From Candidatus Parvarchaeota archaeon (GTDB lineage Archaea; Nanobdellota; Nanobdellia; WJKC01): a stretch of 64,000 bases of DNA. Under the pieces are notes generated by a model, which did no database searches, was not told the origin of the DNA, and saw nothing but the letters and a program-made list of their open reading frames with translations. Position 1 is the stretch's first letter. Every line of letters begins with the position of its first letter. Below, one piece after another: positions 1 through 11,016 of the stretch. The stretch lies in NCBI GenBank assembly GCA_017608505.1, contig JAFCFT010000001.1, forward strand, positions 5,833-69,832, in the 5' to 3' direction. The translations under genes and the position numbers were made by a program.

Positions 1-1
1 A

Positions 2-727
2 GATAGGACTGTTGATATTGCTAAAAGATACGCGAAAGTATATATTTATGGACCAGATCAATCAAAAGAAAGAGTTTTTGGTGGTCCTTACCAGAGAAAT
101 TATGGTGTTTCAAAAGCAAAGGGTAAATATATTTATTATGTTGATTCTGATATGGAATTAACGCCAAATGTAATTAAAGATTGTGTTTATTTAATAAATA
201 AAAAGAATGCTGATGCAGTAATCGTCCCTGAGGAATCGTTTGGTAAAAGTTTTTGGGCTAAGTGTAAATGGTTAGAAAGAAGATGCTATTGGGGTGATGA
301 TTTGATTGAAGCTCCAAGATTTATTAAGAGGGATGTTTGGAATAAATTAGGTGGTTTAGATGTCAAATTAGGTGGAGGTGACGATTGGGATTTCCACAGG
401 AGATTAAAATTGAATGGTTATAAAATAGTAAGGACTAAAGAACTTGTAATGCATAATGAAGGTGAATTAACTTTAAGAAAATTATTTAAAAAGAAATTTA
501 TCTATGGTAAAACAGTTACTAATTATTTTAAAAAGCATAAAGATAAAAGTACAAATATTAAACAATTTACTATCTTTAGAAAAGCTTACTTTAAAAATTT
601 GAAACTCTTTTTAAAACATCCAATACTTTCTATTGGTTTTTTAATTATGAGGTTTACTGAATATTTCGCTGCATTGTCAGGGATAATTTATTCAAAATTT
701 CATAAGACTACTGCGGTGATTAAATGA
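2..727 (+). CDS. GT2 glycosyltransferase, 5'-truncated by window edge
   Basis: Frame is open from base 2 (DRTVDIAKRYA...QRNYGVSKAKGKYIYYVDSDM). DxD motif VDSD, GGLD...GDDWD motif. Confidence 0.88.
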   Translation, partial: DRTVDIAKRYAKVYIYGPDQSKERVFGGPYQRNYGVSKAKGKYIYYVDSDMELTPNVIKDCVYLINKKNADAVIVPEESFGKSFWAKCKWLERRCYWGDDLIEAPRFIKRDVWNKLGGLDVKLGGGDDWDFHRRLKLNGYKIVRTKELVMHNEGELTLRKLFKKKFIYGKTVTNYFKKHKDKSTNIKQFTIFRKAYFKNLKLFLKHPILSIGFLIMRFTEYFAALSGIIYSKFHKTTAVIK

Positions 728-1893
728 GAATTGCAATAATGTTGGATAGACTATCACAGGGAGGATATGCAAAAGCAGCTTGCGAAGAAGTTAGAAATTT
801 AAATAAAATGGGGCATAAAGCTGAATTATTAATAATCATGCGTGAAAAATATGATGAGTATCGATTTAATGATTTTCTTAAAGGAATAAAAGTGCGTTTT
901 TTATCAGACTATTTTCCAAAAATTTTTAGAAAGTCATTTAAGTTCCCCTTTTTTTCGTTTTTTTCACTTTTTCATTTAACAAGTTCGTTAGTAGTCCACA
1001 AATCTCTAAAGAAAAACGAATTCGACATAATAGTCGCACATGGTACTTACACATATTTTGCAGTACATGCAATATATAAAAAATTAGGGATTCCATATGT
1101 TTTATTCATTTGGGACCCTATAAGTTATATTTTACCAAAAGCGTACAAAAAAGGAAGTGTGTTGAGATTTGTGTTGCCTATATTAACTTTTTTTGGAAAA
1201 AAATTAGATAAAAAAATAATAAAGGATTCTCTAGGCATTATTACTTGTTCAAAGGTCCATATGAATTTTTTCAAGCAATTATCTAAAAATAAAGTGTATG
1301 TTTCTTATCCTGGCTGTTTTCCAATGAGTAAAATAACTCCACCTGGAGATTACATACTTGCGGTTACTAAATGGGATATAGGGAAAAGACCAGATATAAT
1401 TCTTGATGCTTATAAATTACTACCTAAAAAACTTAAATTAATTGTTGCTGGATTTTGGGTTAGAAAATCAGTAAAAGACGATTTTCTTAAAAAAGTAAAT
1501 GACTATGGTTTATCAGATTGGGTTGAAGTACAAGGACCAGCTGACAAGAAAAAATTAAGGGAGTTGTATTCTAATGCAAGAATATTAATACATCCTTTAT
1601 TCGAGGCTTTTGGGATGATTTGTTTAGAGGCGGCTGAATGTGGTTGTTCTTTTATAATACCTAAGGGTTCTGGTGTTAATGACATATTCAGTAGTGATGA
1701 AGCTTTTTTTCCTAAGGAACATGATGTGATTTCATATGCCAAATATTTATCTATGGTTATAAATAATAAAAAATTAGCAGAAGTTATGGGTAAAAGAGCA
1801 TGGCATAAATCGAAAAAATATACATGGATGGAACATACAAAATCTTTATTAAAGTGTGTAAATAGTGTATTAAAATGCACAAGAAAAAGATAA
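724..1893 (+). CDS. GT4 glycosyltransferase
   Basis: MRIAIM...GG N-terminus, EAFGMICLEA (Ex7E) motif, YTW C-terminal helix. ATGA overlap with upstream gene. Confidence 0.9.
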   Translation: MRIAIMLDRLSQGGYAKAACEEVRNLNKMGHKAELLIIMREKYDEYRFNDFLKGIKVRFLSDYFPKIFRKSFKFPFFSFFSLFHLTSSLVVHKSLKKNEFDIIVAHGTYTYFAVHAIYKKLGIPYVLFIWDPISYILPKAYKKGSVLRFVLPILTFFGKKLDKKIIKDSLGIITCSKVHMNFFKQLSKNKVYVSYPGCFPMSKITPPGDYILAVTKWDIGKRPDIILDAYKLLPKKLKLIVAGFWVRKSVKDDFLKKVNDYGLSDWVEVQGPADKKKLRELYSNARILIHPLFEAFGMICLEAAECGCSFIIPKGSGVNDIFSSDEAFFPKEHDVISYAKYLSMVINNKKLAEVMGKRAWHKSKKYTWMEHTKSLLKCVNSVLKCTRKR

Positions 1894-3077
1894 GAATCTT
1901 AGTGTTGTCCTGGCATCCAGAATCTAGAAATTTAATTGCAGGTGGTTTTGTTAAAGCACAAGAAATACTAAAAAGGCGTCCAAAAAATGTTAAAGTATTA
2001 TTAATTGACAAAAAAGGTTCTCTATTAAGATGTGATAAGAGAATTGAGTACTCAATTCCAAGAGGAATAATAAAAATTAGAGATAGGTCATTTATCTTGG
2101 GAAGAGTTTTAGAATGGTTCTACGTTTTTTTATATTTGCTTTATAAGCAAATTTCATTAAATAAATATTATGATGTTGTATATATTCCAACAGCCGAATT
2201 AACTTTTTTAACTCTGTCTGCTGTTATTTCTAAGTTGTTTACAAGAAAAAAAATTATTGCAGATATTCTAAATATTAAAATATTTGGTGGTAATGTTATT
2301 GGTTTTTACCGCATTTTAAGATCAAGAGGATATTCTACTTTTTCTTCTTTAGTTGGTTCTATTGGTACTTTTATTTCAAGAAAATTACTAATATGGTCTA
2401 TAAATAACGCGGATAAAGTTTTAACGATCAGTAAAGATTTAAAAAAAGATTTAACGCGTTATGGCGTGAAAAAAAATATATCAGTCATCCCTGTTGGGAT
2501 AGACATTGCTCTGTATAAAAAAATTAAAAAGCAAAAAAAAATATACGACGCAATTTTTATTGGCAGGCATACTCCTGAAAAAGGCATATTTGATTTAATT
2601 GATGTCTGGAAACTTGTTGTTAAAAAGAAAAAAGATGCTAAGTTAGTTATGGCTGGTTTATGCGATAGTGTTACAAAAGATAAATTAAAAAGGCTTATTA
2701 AAAAAAATAAATTGGAAGATAATGTCTTTTTGATGGGCGAAGTTACCGAATCAAGTAAAATTAAACTTCTCAAACAAAGCAAAACACTTTTATTTTTAAG
2801 CCACATAGAAGGTTGGGGAATCGTTCCATTTGAAGGTCTTGCTTGTGGGCTTCCAGTAATTGCCTATAATCTTCCAGTTTATAAAGAGACAATTAAAGAG
2901 TGTAAGTCCGTCTTTCTTTTTAAAAAAAAGGATTATGCAAATATTTCTAAAAAAGTAGTTAATTTATCAAAAAAATATTCGAAATATAGATTTGAAAGTA
3001 TCTCTTATGTTAAAACTTATTCATGGGATAAAATTAGTGTAAAACAATATTCAGTAATGACTTGTGATTTTAAATGA
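1875..3077 (+). CDS. GT4 glycosyltransferase
   Basis: FIGRHTPEKG and EGWGIVPFEGLACGLPVI motifs. Confidence 0.92.
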   Translation: MHKKKIRILVLSWHPESRNLIAGGFVKAQEILKRRPKNVKVLLIDKKGSLLRCDKRIEYSIPRGIIKIRDRSFILGRVLEWFYVFLYLLYKQISLNKYYDVVYIPTAELTFLTLSAVISKLFTRKKIIADILNIKIFGGNVIGFYRILRSRGYSTFSSLVGSIGTFISRKLLIWSINNADKVLTISKDLKKDLTRYGVKKNISVIPVGIDIALYKKIKKQKKIYDAIFIGRHTPEKGIFDLIDVWKLVVKKKKDAKLVMAGLCDSVTKDKLKRLIKKNKLEDNVFLMGEVTESSKIKLLKQSKTLLFLSHIEGWGIVPFEGLACGLPVIAYNLPVYKETIKECKSVFLFKKKDYANISKKVVNLSKKYSKYRFESISYVKTYSWDKISVKQYSVMTCDFK

Positions 3078-3141
3078 TTATGGTCTGTTATGAATCAAGA
3101 TCAACATTAGAAAATTAAGATTCTAATTACATGCTCAATTA

Positions 3142-3924
3142 TTAAATTTTTTTTGCCGAGATAATGATTCCAGCATCTAAAATTCTAAACCTGTGGAATA
3201 TCGAGTCAAGCAGTATTATAATACCTAATAGCGTTAAATGATTATCAAAAAATGAATTGCCTCCAAATATTGCAACACCTTCATTTTTAGTTATTTTGAA
3301 ATTATTCCGTTTTAGTAAACTGACTAGTTCTTTATTAGACATTACAGATATATGTCCTTCTTCGTCCCATACCTCTTTAGTGATGTTCTTTCCCAAGCGA
3401 TAAAATTCGTATGCTCTATATTTGTCAATGTTAATTATCTTGTTTAGTTTAAGTTTCTCTATTAATTGGTTTTTATTTGGTGTGGTGATTATTAGCGTAC
3501 CGCCTTTTTTTAATTTTAAATAGCACTGTTTTATGAGTTTTTCTGGATCCTTAATATGTTCGATAACCTCTGAACACAGTATTACATCAAAAAAACAATT
3601 CTTGTAAGGAAGTTTTTTATTTAAATCTCCAACTTTAAATTTTACATTTTTAAAATTTCTAAATCTTGCTAGCTCTTTTGCTCTCTTTATTGCATTTTTT
3701 GAAATATCGATTCCATAAAAATCTATATTTTTATTGTTCAAGCCAAGCATGAAAATATCTGTTCCTATATAGCAACCCATATCTAAAACTTTAATTTTTT
3801 TCTTGTTTTCGATTGTTTTATCAAATATGTCTTTAATTTTTCTTTTTAATCTATTTGTAAAATAAATTTCTGATACTGTTCTGTAAAAACTTGTTCCTTC
3901 GCATATTTTATTATAATCTAACAT
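3142..3924 (-). CDS. class I SAM-dependent methyltransferase, probably glycan-modifying
   Basis: VLDMGCYIG motif I, GIDIS, FDVILCSEVIEH, LKKGG. Confidence 0.9.
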   Translation of the reverse strand: MLDYNKICEGTSFYRTVSEIYFTNRLKRKIKDIFDKTIENKKKIKVLDMGCYIGTDIFMLGLNNKNIDFYGIDISKNAIKRAKELARFRNFKNVKFKVGDLNKKLPYKNCFFDVILCSEVIEHIKDPEKLIKQCYLKLKKGGTLIITTPNKNQLIEKLKLNKIINIDKYRAYEFYRLGKNITKEVWDEEGHISVMSNKELVSLLKRNNFKITKNEGVAIFGGNSFFDNHLTLLGIIILLDSIFHRFRILDAGIIISAKKI

Positions 3925-5039
3925 TTTAATACCTCCTTAAACATTTTATTGAATCCCTTTGCCGTGTTACTAACAGAAAAATTATTTTCAACGAATTTCC
4001 TTCCATATATGCCTTTCTTAATAATAAATTTATAATCCTTTCTCCATTTATTATAAACATATTGGATTTTGTTAGCTAATTCTTTAGCATTTAATTCTTT
4101 TAGAAACCACCCATTTTTCCCATTTAAGATTAATTTATTTGGTCCAGGAATATTTGAGCTAATTACTGGTAATCCGCAGGAGTTTGCTTCTGTTATAATT
4201 AAGCCGAATGTTTCTTGCCTAGAAGGTGCCAATAATACATCATTGTTCTGATATATTTTAACAATATCATCTACGAATCCTAAATAATTAACTTTGTCAT
4301 TTTTGGCAAGCTCTTCAACCAATCTTCTTTTTTCACCCGATCCAACAATATTAAATTCAACTTTTGCTTCTGGATTTTCTTCTAAAAATCTTTTAATGCC
4401 CTCCACTAATATGTCAACTCCTTTTTGTTCAGCAAGTCTTCCAACGAATAGAAATTTTAGTCTTGAAGTTTTTTTAAATTTTTTCAATTTAAAATCGTCT
4501 GTATTACTTCCTGAAGGAATGTAGTATACTTTTTTAATACCCCATTTTTTCATAATATTTTTGTCCTTATCATTTAAAACATGAATTGCATCAAATTTTT
4601 TAAGCACCCTTTTTGTAATTAATTTGACGTATGTATTGTGAATTTTGTTTTCAAAGAAGAGTGGGGCATGGATACCACATATCATTGGTTTTTTTACTTT
4701 TCTTTTAACGAGATACATTAATATATCTTGGAATATAAACGAGAAATTAAAATACAAAAGATCATACTCTTTAAAGATATTTGCTATTTCTTTGATATTG
4801 TGTACTTTTGGTAGCAATATATTATTCCTAACAAATTCATTGATTCTGTAATGTTTTACATTTTTTATTTTTCCTTTAACTTCTTTATCACTCCATCTTT
4901 TAATAGGGATGAAATTTGTGTCGATTATGTCTATTTGCATATTATATTTATTGATTAAAATATTTGACAGTTCTGAAAACCAATTTTCACACCCGCCACC
5001 ATAGTTTAATGACATAGGTGTATAAAATATGGCTTTCAT
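3918..5039 (-). CDS. GT4 glycosyltransferase
   Basis: GGGCE, FVGRLAEQKG, ETFGLIITEANSCGLPVI. SD-like GGTGGTGA just upstream on the minus strand. Confidence 0.92.
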   Translation of the reverse strand: MKAIFYTPMSLNYGGGCENWFSELSNILINKYNMQIDIIDTNFIPIKRWSDKEVKGKIKNVKHYRINEFVRNNILLPKVHNIKEIANIFKEYDLLYFNFSFIFQDILMYLVKRKVKKPMICGIHAPLFFENKIHNTYVKLITKRVLKKFDAIHVLNDKDKNIMKKWGIKKVYYIPSGSNTDDFKLKKFKKTSRLKFLFVGRLAEQKGVDILVEGIKRFLEENPEAKVEFNIVGSGEKRRLVEELAKNDKVNYLGFVDDIVKIYQNNDVLLAPSRQETFGLIITEANSCGLPVISSNIPGPNKLILNGKNGWFLKELNAKELANKIQYVYNKWRKDYKFIIKKGIYGRKFVENNFSVSNTAKGFNKMFKEVLKC

Positions 5040-5293
5040 TTTTCACCACCTGTTTTAAATATTCTGCTGATTATATTTTTTTTCATTTAAATGAATGTTT
5101 ATATGCTCTTTAACAATGAAATTTTTTAATATTTTTGATTTTTTGCTATTTAAAATTTTTTAAAAAGTTTTAAGCTAATAAAAAAGAAAAGACTTTAAAT
5201 AGAATTTATTGTTGCGGGTTTTAGAAATTTATATAAGGTTTTTGAAGAATTAAACATATTCGACGCTAGTAAAAAAATTTGGCCTGATGTATT

Positions 5294-7930
5294 ATGCATA
5301 AAAAAAATTTAGAACTGTTTGTATTATGTTTCTTTGTTATTATCCTATATTTTAATAAAATTTATTTTAATTTAGAACCTATTACGTGGGGCGATTGGTC
5401 TTTTGGATTTAATAACAAACTAAAGGATTATTTTAGAATGCCATCTGCATGGGATAATTCTGTGAATGGAGGTTATCCTACATTTATTAATTTGTATTAT
5501 TATCCCATGTTTTTTTTATTTTCACTAATAGGACTTCTAGGATTTGATTCATCAGTAACTACTCGTTTATTTTTTTATTGGCCATACCCTATTGTATCTA
5601 TAATTTCAATGTATGTTTTTTCCTATTATTTTTTTAAAAATAGAAAAGTAAGTTTTATTGCATCCTTTATTTATTCTATTAATCCTTATTCTTTAGTATT
5701 CTTGTCCGGAGGACATATGACTGTTGGGATGGGAAATGCTTATGCGCCTTTGATTTTGTATTTTTTTATAAAAAGTATTAGAGAAATTAAATTAAAATAT
5801 GTAATCATCTCCGGATTGCTTTCAGAATTCGTTTTTATTTACGAACCAAGAATATTCTTTTTAATATTTTTGTTTCTTTTATTACCATTTTGTTTATTTT
5901 ATTCAATAAATAAAAAATTTAATTTAAAAAAATTATTTTTTAATACTAAAGTTCTAGTTGGGATCATATTTATTTTATTATTAACTAATTTTTATTGGAT
6001 TTTGCCCCTCATAAGATTTGGTCAAGCGGAATTATTTAATTTTCCAGAGGGTTATAAACAACCCACATGGGTAAGTGCTTTAAGTTATTCTAATTTTTAC
6101 AATATGTTTTTCTTTGTATCAGAATTTTGGTTGTCTAATAATTGGTGGGGTGTTTTTAGTGAGAGATCATTACCAATAATTTATGTTATGTCTCCTATTT
6201 TTTTAATAATGCCTGTTTTATTATTTCTTCCTATTTATAAAATGAAAGATAAAAAAATAATATTTTTAACTATTCTATTGTTAATTTCTTTTTTTTTGGT
6301 GATTGCAGCAAATTCACCCCTAAAATTTTTATACATTCTCTTATTTTTGTTTCTTCCCGGATTTAACATGTTTAGAGACCCTTCTAAATTTTATTTAGTA
6401 TATAATTTTGCTGGTTCCATATTGATTGGTTTTGGTGTTATGATTCTTTTTAAATTTTTAAAAAGAAAATTAAATATCAAAAAATTTGGTTTTTTGTTTA
6501 ACAACTATCATATACTTTGGATTATGTTGTATATAGTTATGTTGTTGCCAGCTACATTAGAATTACCTTACGGAATGTTTAGTACACATCCATATTCTAC
6601 AGAAAAAATTAATATGAAAAATTGGTTGTTAAATAATTCAGCTCCTCATTATAAGACTCTATGGGTTCCTGATTATCAACATTTTATTATGCATGATTCT
6701 TTACATCCTGAAATCTCTCTAAGATCATATAGTTATTTTGGAGAATATATTAAAAGAAATATTGAAAATATTACTATGTTTGGCAAATTACTTTCACCAT
6801 TAAATGTCAGATACATTTTTTTAAGTCCTGACGAAGACGATTATCAATATTCTAATATGAAAAAAAATGATTTTTTAAAAATATTAGAAAAAGATTCGAG
6901 TATTCAAAAAATAAATGATAACATCTTTGAAAATAAATACGCCTTTGATTTATTGTCGCTAAAACCAAACGCATTTTATCTAATTGGTGATTTAGGGTCA
7001 TATATTAAATTATTAAATAAAACAAAATTAAATAATAATGTTGTTATTTTTTTTGGAGAAACTGATTTTGTAAATACGGATACTAATGTAGATTATTACA
7101 TAATCGATAATTCTTCTTGGAGTGCTGACGATTTAATTCTTTCATTAGTTAATGATAGTTATAAAACGTACTTTTGGAATTTGGCTGGTTATTTAACAAG
7201 GAACAATAATATTTTATATAAGGATTTTTACCCTGATGCAAATTATATTTATGGACAATTTTCAAAACATGGCTTGACCAAACATGTTGGAAAAACTATA
7301 TTGAGTATTAAGCATTATGTAAATTCTTCTGGAGTTTATCAAATATGGATTCGCGGATTCTCAGGCATAAATAGGGGCACGATATCTTTTAATGACGCTA
7401 AAATTGTTTTTAATTCTTCATTAAACAAACTAAAATGGTTTTATTTGACTAAAGTTACATTGAATAAGGGTGAAAGTTTTCAATTAAACTTAGAACTTCA
7501 AGGGATTCTTGATCTAGATAGTGTAGCGATAGTTCCTGAAAATATTGTTGAAAATATAAAATCTAAAATAAAACAAAAAATAATTAATCTTTCTGAATTC
7601 GATAATCTATCAAATGAGAATGATGTAATTTCTAAATTAAAATGGTATTATATTTCACCTTCTGAATATAAATTTATAATTGAAAATGCAAGTAGTAAAT
7701 TAATTTTAATATTCGGTAATAATTATAATCCTTATTGGCGAATGTTGATAAATAATGAAACATATCCTTCAATAAAGTGTTATTACACCCTTAATTGCTT
7801 TCCAATTAATATAAGTAGCTCTTACTTAGAAGGGAGAATTTATTTTTTACCTCAAAGTTATGTTGATTTAGGATTCCTGATTTCCATAGTTTCATTTATT
7901 GTGTTGCTTGGTCTTCTGGTTATTTTATAA
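5294..7930 (+). CDS. large polytopic membrane protein, GT-C-like (YfhO/AftD-like) with extracellular domain and C-terminal TM
   Basis: WGDW after TM1, about 12 hydrophobic segments, FRDPSKF motif, LIFGNNYNPYW C-terminal domain. Confidence 0.7.
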   Translation: MHKKNLELFVLCFFVIILYFNKIYFNLEPITWGDWSFGFNNKLKDYFRMPSAWDNSVNGGYPTFINLYYYPMFFLFSLIGLLGFDSSVTTRLFFYWPYPIVSIISMYVFSYYFFKNRKVSFIASFIYSINPYSLVFLSGGHMTVGMGNAYAPLILYFFIKSIREIKLKYVIISGLLSEFVFIYEPRIFFLIFLFLLLPFCLFYSINKKFNLKKLFFNTKVLVGIIFILLLTNFYWILPLIRFGQAELFNFPEGYKQPTWVSALSYSNFYNMFFFVSEFWLSNNWWGVFSERSLPIIYVMSPIFLIMPVLLFLPIYKMKDKKIIFLTILLLISFFLVIAANSPLKFLYILLFLFLPGFNMFRDPSKFYLVYNFAGSILIGFGVMILFKFLKRKLNIKKFGFLFNNYHILWIMLYIVMLLPATLELPYGMFSTHPYSTEKINMKNWLLNNSAPHYKTLWVPDYQHFIMHDSLHPEISLRSYSYFGEYIKRNIENITMFGKLLSPLNVRYIFLSPDEDDYQYSNMKKNDFLKILEKDSSIQKINDNIFENKYAFDLLSLKPNAFYLIGDLGSYIKLLNKTKLNNNVVIFFGETDFVNTDTNVDYYIIDNSSWSADDLILSLVNDSYKTYFWNLAGYLTRNNNILYKDFYPDANYIYGQFSKHGLTKHVGKTILSIKHYVNSSGVYQIWIRGFSGINRGTISFNDAKIVFNSSLNKLKWFYLTKVTLNKGESFQLNLELQGILDLDSVAIVPENIVENIKSKIKQKIINLSEFDNLSNENDVISKLKWYYISPSEYKFIIENASSKLILIFGNNYNPYWRMLINNETYPSIKCYYTLNCFPINISSSYLEGRIYFLPQSYVDLGFLISIVSFIVLLGLLVIL

Positions 7931-9073
7931 AAGTTTTTTGTATATTTCAAAAATTTTATCAGCAGTATATTCTATTGTATATTTTTTTAATAATTTTTTA
8001 GCTTCAACGACCAACTTTTTCCCAAGCTGTTCGTTTTCTAATAATTTTAATATTTTATTAGATAGATCATTCACGCTGTCGTATTTAAATAATAAAGCGG
8101 TTTTGTTATTAAAAAACCCATTTGTATAGAAACTCTTAGGAATTATTATTGGTGTATTATTGGCTATTGCTTCAAAGCCAACTTTGTTTGGTTGAGATAT
8201 TCCTGGATCACACAGGGCAAATGCTTTTTGCAAATTTTCAAAAACTTTGTTTCTTGGCAAACCCCCTTTAAATTCAACATATTTGGTTAATCCTAATTTT
8301 TTTGTTATATTCAATAATTCTTGTTTGTAAGGACCCTCCCCTATTATTACAACTTTTATTTTCTTTTTTATTTTGCTATTTACTATTTGTAATGACTTTA
8401 TTAACATTTGAAAATTTCTTTCTTTAACTAAAACTCCCACTGCGCAGATGTGTCTTGATTTTTTCTTTTTTATTCTTCCTGAATTTTTAATTAAGGAATT
8501 AGTTATTGTAGGAGATAAAACAATAATTTTATTTTTTGGAATGTTCATCTTTTGGGATACTATCTCTTTCATAAATGGATTATATAAAATTACAATATTC
8601 GCATTTTTGACAGTTCTTTTATAAAGATAGTATAACATGAAATTTTTAATTTTGTAACTAATCTTTTTTGTTTTTTGCAATAGTGGCATTCTAGGTCCAT
8701 ATTGTGGACCCATTACTGTAGATATTTTTGTTTTGAATATAGATAGCAGGTCAAAAGTTCTTGTAAAACATAAAGGACCTATTCTATGGTATATTTTTAT
8801 TTTTTCTTTTTTAATAATCTTCTTTGCTATATAGTATGCTTTTATGTTAAACCACAGTCTTTGGAAAATATTTGGGTCTCGAATATACTTATTAAATATT
8901 TTATAAATTTTCCAATTATTTTTGCCTTTAATTGCGGTGTACCCTGCTATTACATATGGTTTTACTCCTTTTTTTTCTAGTCTACTAATTAGCTCGAAGC
9001 AAGTTCTTCCTTCAGAGTCGTGTATATCGTCCCTATTATGTAGCAAGTAGTTACCAACAAAGAGTACTTTCAT
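7925..9073 (-). CDS. GT4 glycosyltransferase (divergent)
   Basis: MKVLFV start, IIGEGPY, VGFEAIANNTPII. First Glu of the Ex7E motif is not conserved. Confidence 0.8.
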   Translation of the reverse strand: MKVLFVGNYLLHNRDDIHDSEGRTCFELISRLEKKGVKPYVIAGYTAIKGKNNWKIYKIFNKYIRDPNIFQRLWFNIKAYYIAKKIIKKEKIKIYHRIGPLCFTRTFDLLSIFKTKISTVMGPQYGPRMPLLQKTKKISYKIKNFMLYYLYKRTVKNANIVILYNPFMKEIVSQKMNIPKNKIIVLSPTITNSLIKNSGRIKKKKSRHICAVGVLVKERNFQMLIKSLQIVNSKIKKKIKVVIIGEGPYKQELLNITKKLGLTKYVEFKGGLPRNKVFENLQKAFALCDPGISQPNKVGFEAIANNTPIIIPKSFYTNGFFNNKTALLFKYDSVNDLSNKILKLLENEQLGKKLVVEAKKLLKKYTIEYTADKIFEIYKKLL

Positions 9074-9085
9074 AAAGATTACCTC

Positions 9086-10183
9086 TTATGTTAAGAATTC
9101 TTTTATACACTCACAGATAAATAAGCATTCCTCTTTTTTTAATTCAGGAAACATTGGTAAAGATAAAATTTTCTTAGACAAGTCTTCTGTTATTCTATAA
9201 CTTTTATTATTAAATTCTTTATAAGCGTCTTGTAAGTGTATTGGAATGGGATAATGTATTCCGGTAGATACTCCTTTATTTTGAAGGTATTTTTGGAGTT
9301 CATCTCTATTATTGCACTGTATTACATATAAATGATAAACATGTTCTGAATCTTTATGTTCGAATGGTGTTTTAATAGTATTAATTTCTTTTAGGAGCTT
9401 AGTATACATTTTAGCATTTTCTCTTCTTTTTTCATTCCATTTATCCAAATATTTTAATTTAACATCTAAAATTGCTGCTTGCAGAGTGTCAAGTCTACTA
9501 TTTGTGCCTTTAATTATATGATGATATTTTATTTTTTGACCATAGTTTCTAAGCAATTCTATTTTTTCAGCTAGTTCTTCATTATTTGTTGTCACAGCAC
9601 CACCGTCTCCATACGCTCCCAAGTTTTTCCCGGGATAAAAACTAAAACACGCTATGTCCCCAATACTTCCCACTTTTTTGCCTTTATATTTTGCTCCATG
9701 TGCCTGGCAAGCGTCTTCAATAACAAATAAATCATTTTCTTTCGCAATTTCTAAAATTTCATCCATTCGCGCAGGTTGACCATACAAATGTACTGGAAGG
9801 ATGGCTTTTGTTTTATCCGTTATTGCTTCTTTGATTTTTGAAACATCTATATTATAATCTTTTGGATCTACATCTACGAATACTGGTTTTGCACCACATG
9901 CTGAAATTGCCAAGGCCGTTGCTATATACGAATTCGGAGGAGTAATTACTTCATCTCCTTTGCCAATTCTTATTGCTTTTAATGCAAGAGTTAATGCGTC
10001 TGTGCCGGATCCAACTCCTATACAGTATTTTGTATTACAAAGTTTTGCAAAATTTTTCTCAAAATTAAATACCTCTGGTCCAAGAATAAAACTTGTGCTA
10101 TCAATTACTGATTGGATTGCGCTATTAACTTCTTCTTTAATTGATATATATTGTCTTTTTAGATCAACAAAATTAATTTTCAT
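9086..10183 (-). CDS. DegT/DnrJ/EryC1/StrS PLP-dependent sugar aminotransferase (WbpE-like)
   Basis: [40 protein letters not shown] (PLP lysine). Confidence 0.96.
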   Translation of the reverse strand: MKINFVDLKRQYISIKEEVNSAIQSVIDSTSFILGPEVFNFEKNFAKLCNTKYCIGVGSGTDALTLALKAIRIGKGDEVITPPNSYIATALAISACGAKPVFVDVDPKDYNIDVSKIKEAITDKTKAILPVHLYGQPARMDEILEIAKENDLFVIEDACQAHGAKYKGKKVGSIGDIACFSFYPGKNLGAYGDGGAVTTNNEELAEKIELLRNYGQKIKYHHIIKGTNSRLDTLQAAILDVKLKYLDKWNEKRRENAKMYTKLLKEINTIKTPFEHKDSEHVYHLYVIQCNNRDELQKYLQNKGVSTGIHYPIPIHLQDAYKEFNNKSYRITEDLSKKILSLPMFPELKKEECLFICECIKEFLT

Positions 10184-10185
10184 AG

Positions 10186-10965
10186 TTAATATTCTTTTAT
10201 TCTATTTTCAAGCCATCTTTCTTTAGGTACATTTTTTATTTTTCTTGCTGGATTCCCAACCCACACTTCTCTATCAGGAACATCTTTTGTAACAACAGCC
10301 CCAGCACCAATGACAGCATCTAAGCCTATGGTTATAGCAGATAAGATAGACGCATTTGAGCCTATTGTTGCTCCGTCTTTAACAGTTGCACCTTTGTATA
10401 CGTATTCTACAGTATCCATATATTTATCATTCATAGTACATACTTCTGGTCCAAAAAACACATATCTTCCTATTTTTAAATTTCCTGTTAAGTGACAAGC
10501 AGTTTGTATTTTTGTATGATCCATTATCTCTGTTTCATATTCTATTGTTGTTCCTCTTCCAATTATTACATAATCATGTATGTTACATTTTTCCCTTATT
10601 GACGCTAAGTCCCCAATAAAACATTTATTCCCTATTTTAGTTCCTCCATAGATTATTGATCCTGTTCCTATTAAAGTTCCATATCCAATTTCCGCAATTA
10701 AGAGTTTCTTAGAAGCTTTTCTTGAACTAATCGGACTAGACCTCGGTTGTTTTCCGATGACCACATTATCTTGGACTTCTATGTCCTCCTTCAAAATAGT
10801 TTCTTCTTTTATAACTATATTATTTCCTAAATAACAATTATCTCCAATTATCGCTTTTCTTTCAATAACTACATTAAAACCAAATTTGACATTTTCTCCT
10901 ATCTGCGCGTCTTTATGTATTGCTATGTTTTTGGCAGGTATTATTTTATACTCATCAAATTCCAT
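10186..10965 (-). CDS. hexapeptide-repeat N-acetyltransferase (WbpD-like)
   Basis: Left-handed beta-helix repeats, [17 protein letters not shown]...VGNPAR. Confidence 0.92.
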   Translation of the reverse strand: MEFDEYKIIPAKNIAIHKDAQIGENVKFGFNVVIERKAIIGDNCYLGNNIVIKEETILKEDIEVQDNVVIGKQPRSSPISSRKASKKLLIAEIGYGTLIGTGSIIYGGTKIGNKCFIGDLASIREKCNIHDYVIIGRGTTIEYETEIMDHTKIQTACHLTGNLKIGRYVFFGPEVCTMNDKYMDTVEYVYKGATVKDGATIGSNASILSAITIGLDAVIGAGAVVTKDVPDREVWVGNPARKIKNVPKERWLENRIKEY

Positions 10966-11016
10966 TTTATAATCGGATAAGTATATTCATTTATAAGTTT
11001 TATTGTTGTAAAGTTT

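Noticed and set aside
2513..2545. Poly-A tracts in glycosyltransferase genes as phase-variation sites
   Set aside because: Runs of 8-9 A are expected from Lys codons at this AT content, and the frames are intact.
5040..5200. Possible decayed GT4 3' end on the minus strand (RAYKHSFK*KKI*SAEYLKQVV)
   Set aside because: Short, two stops, extremely AT-rich; indistinguishable from chance.
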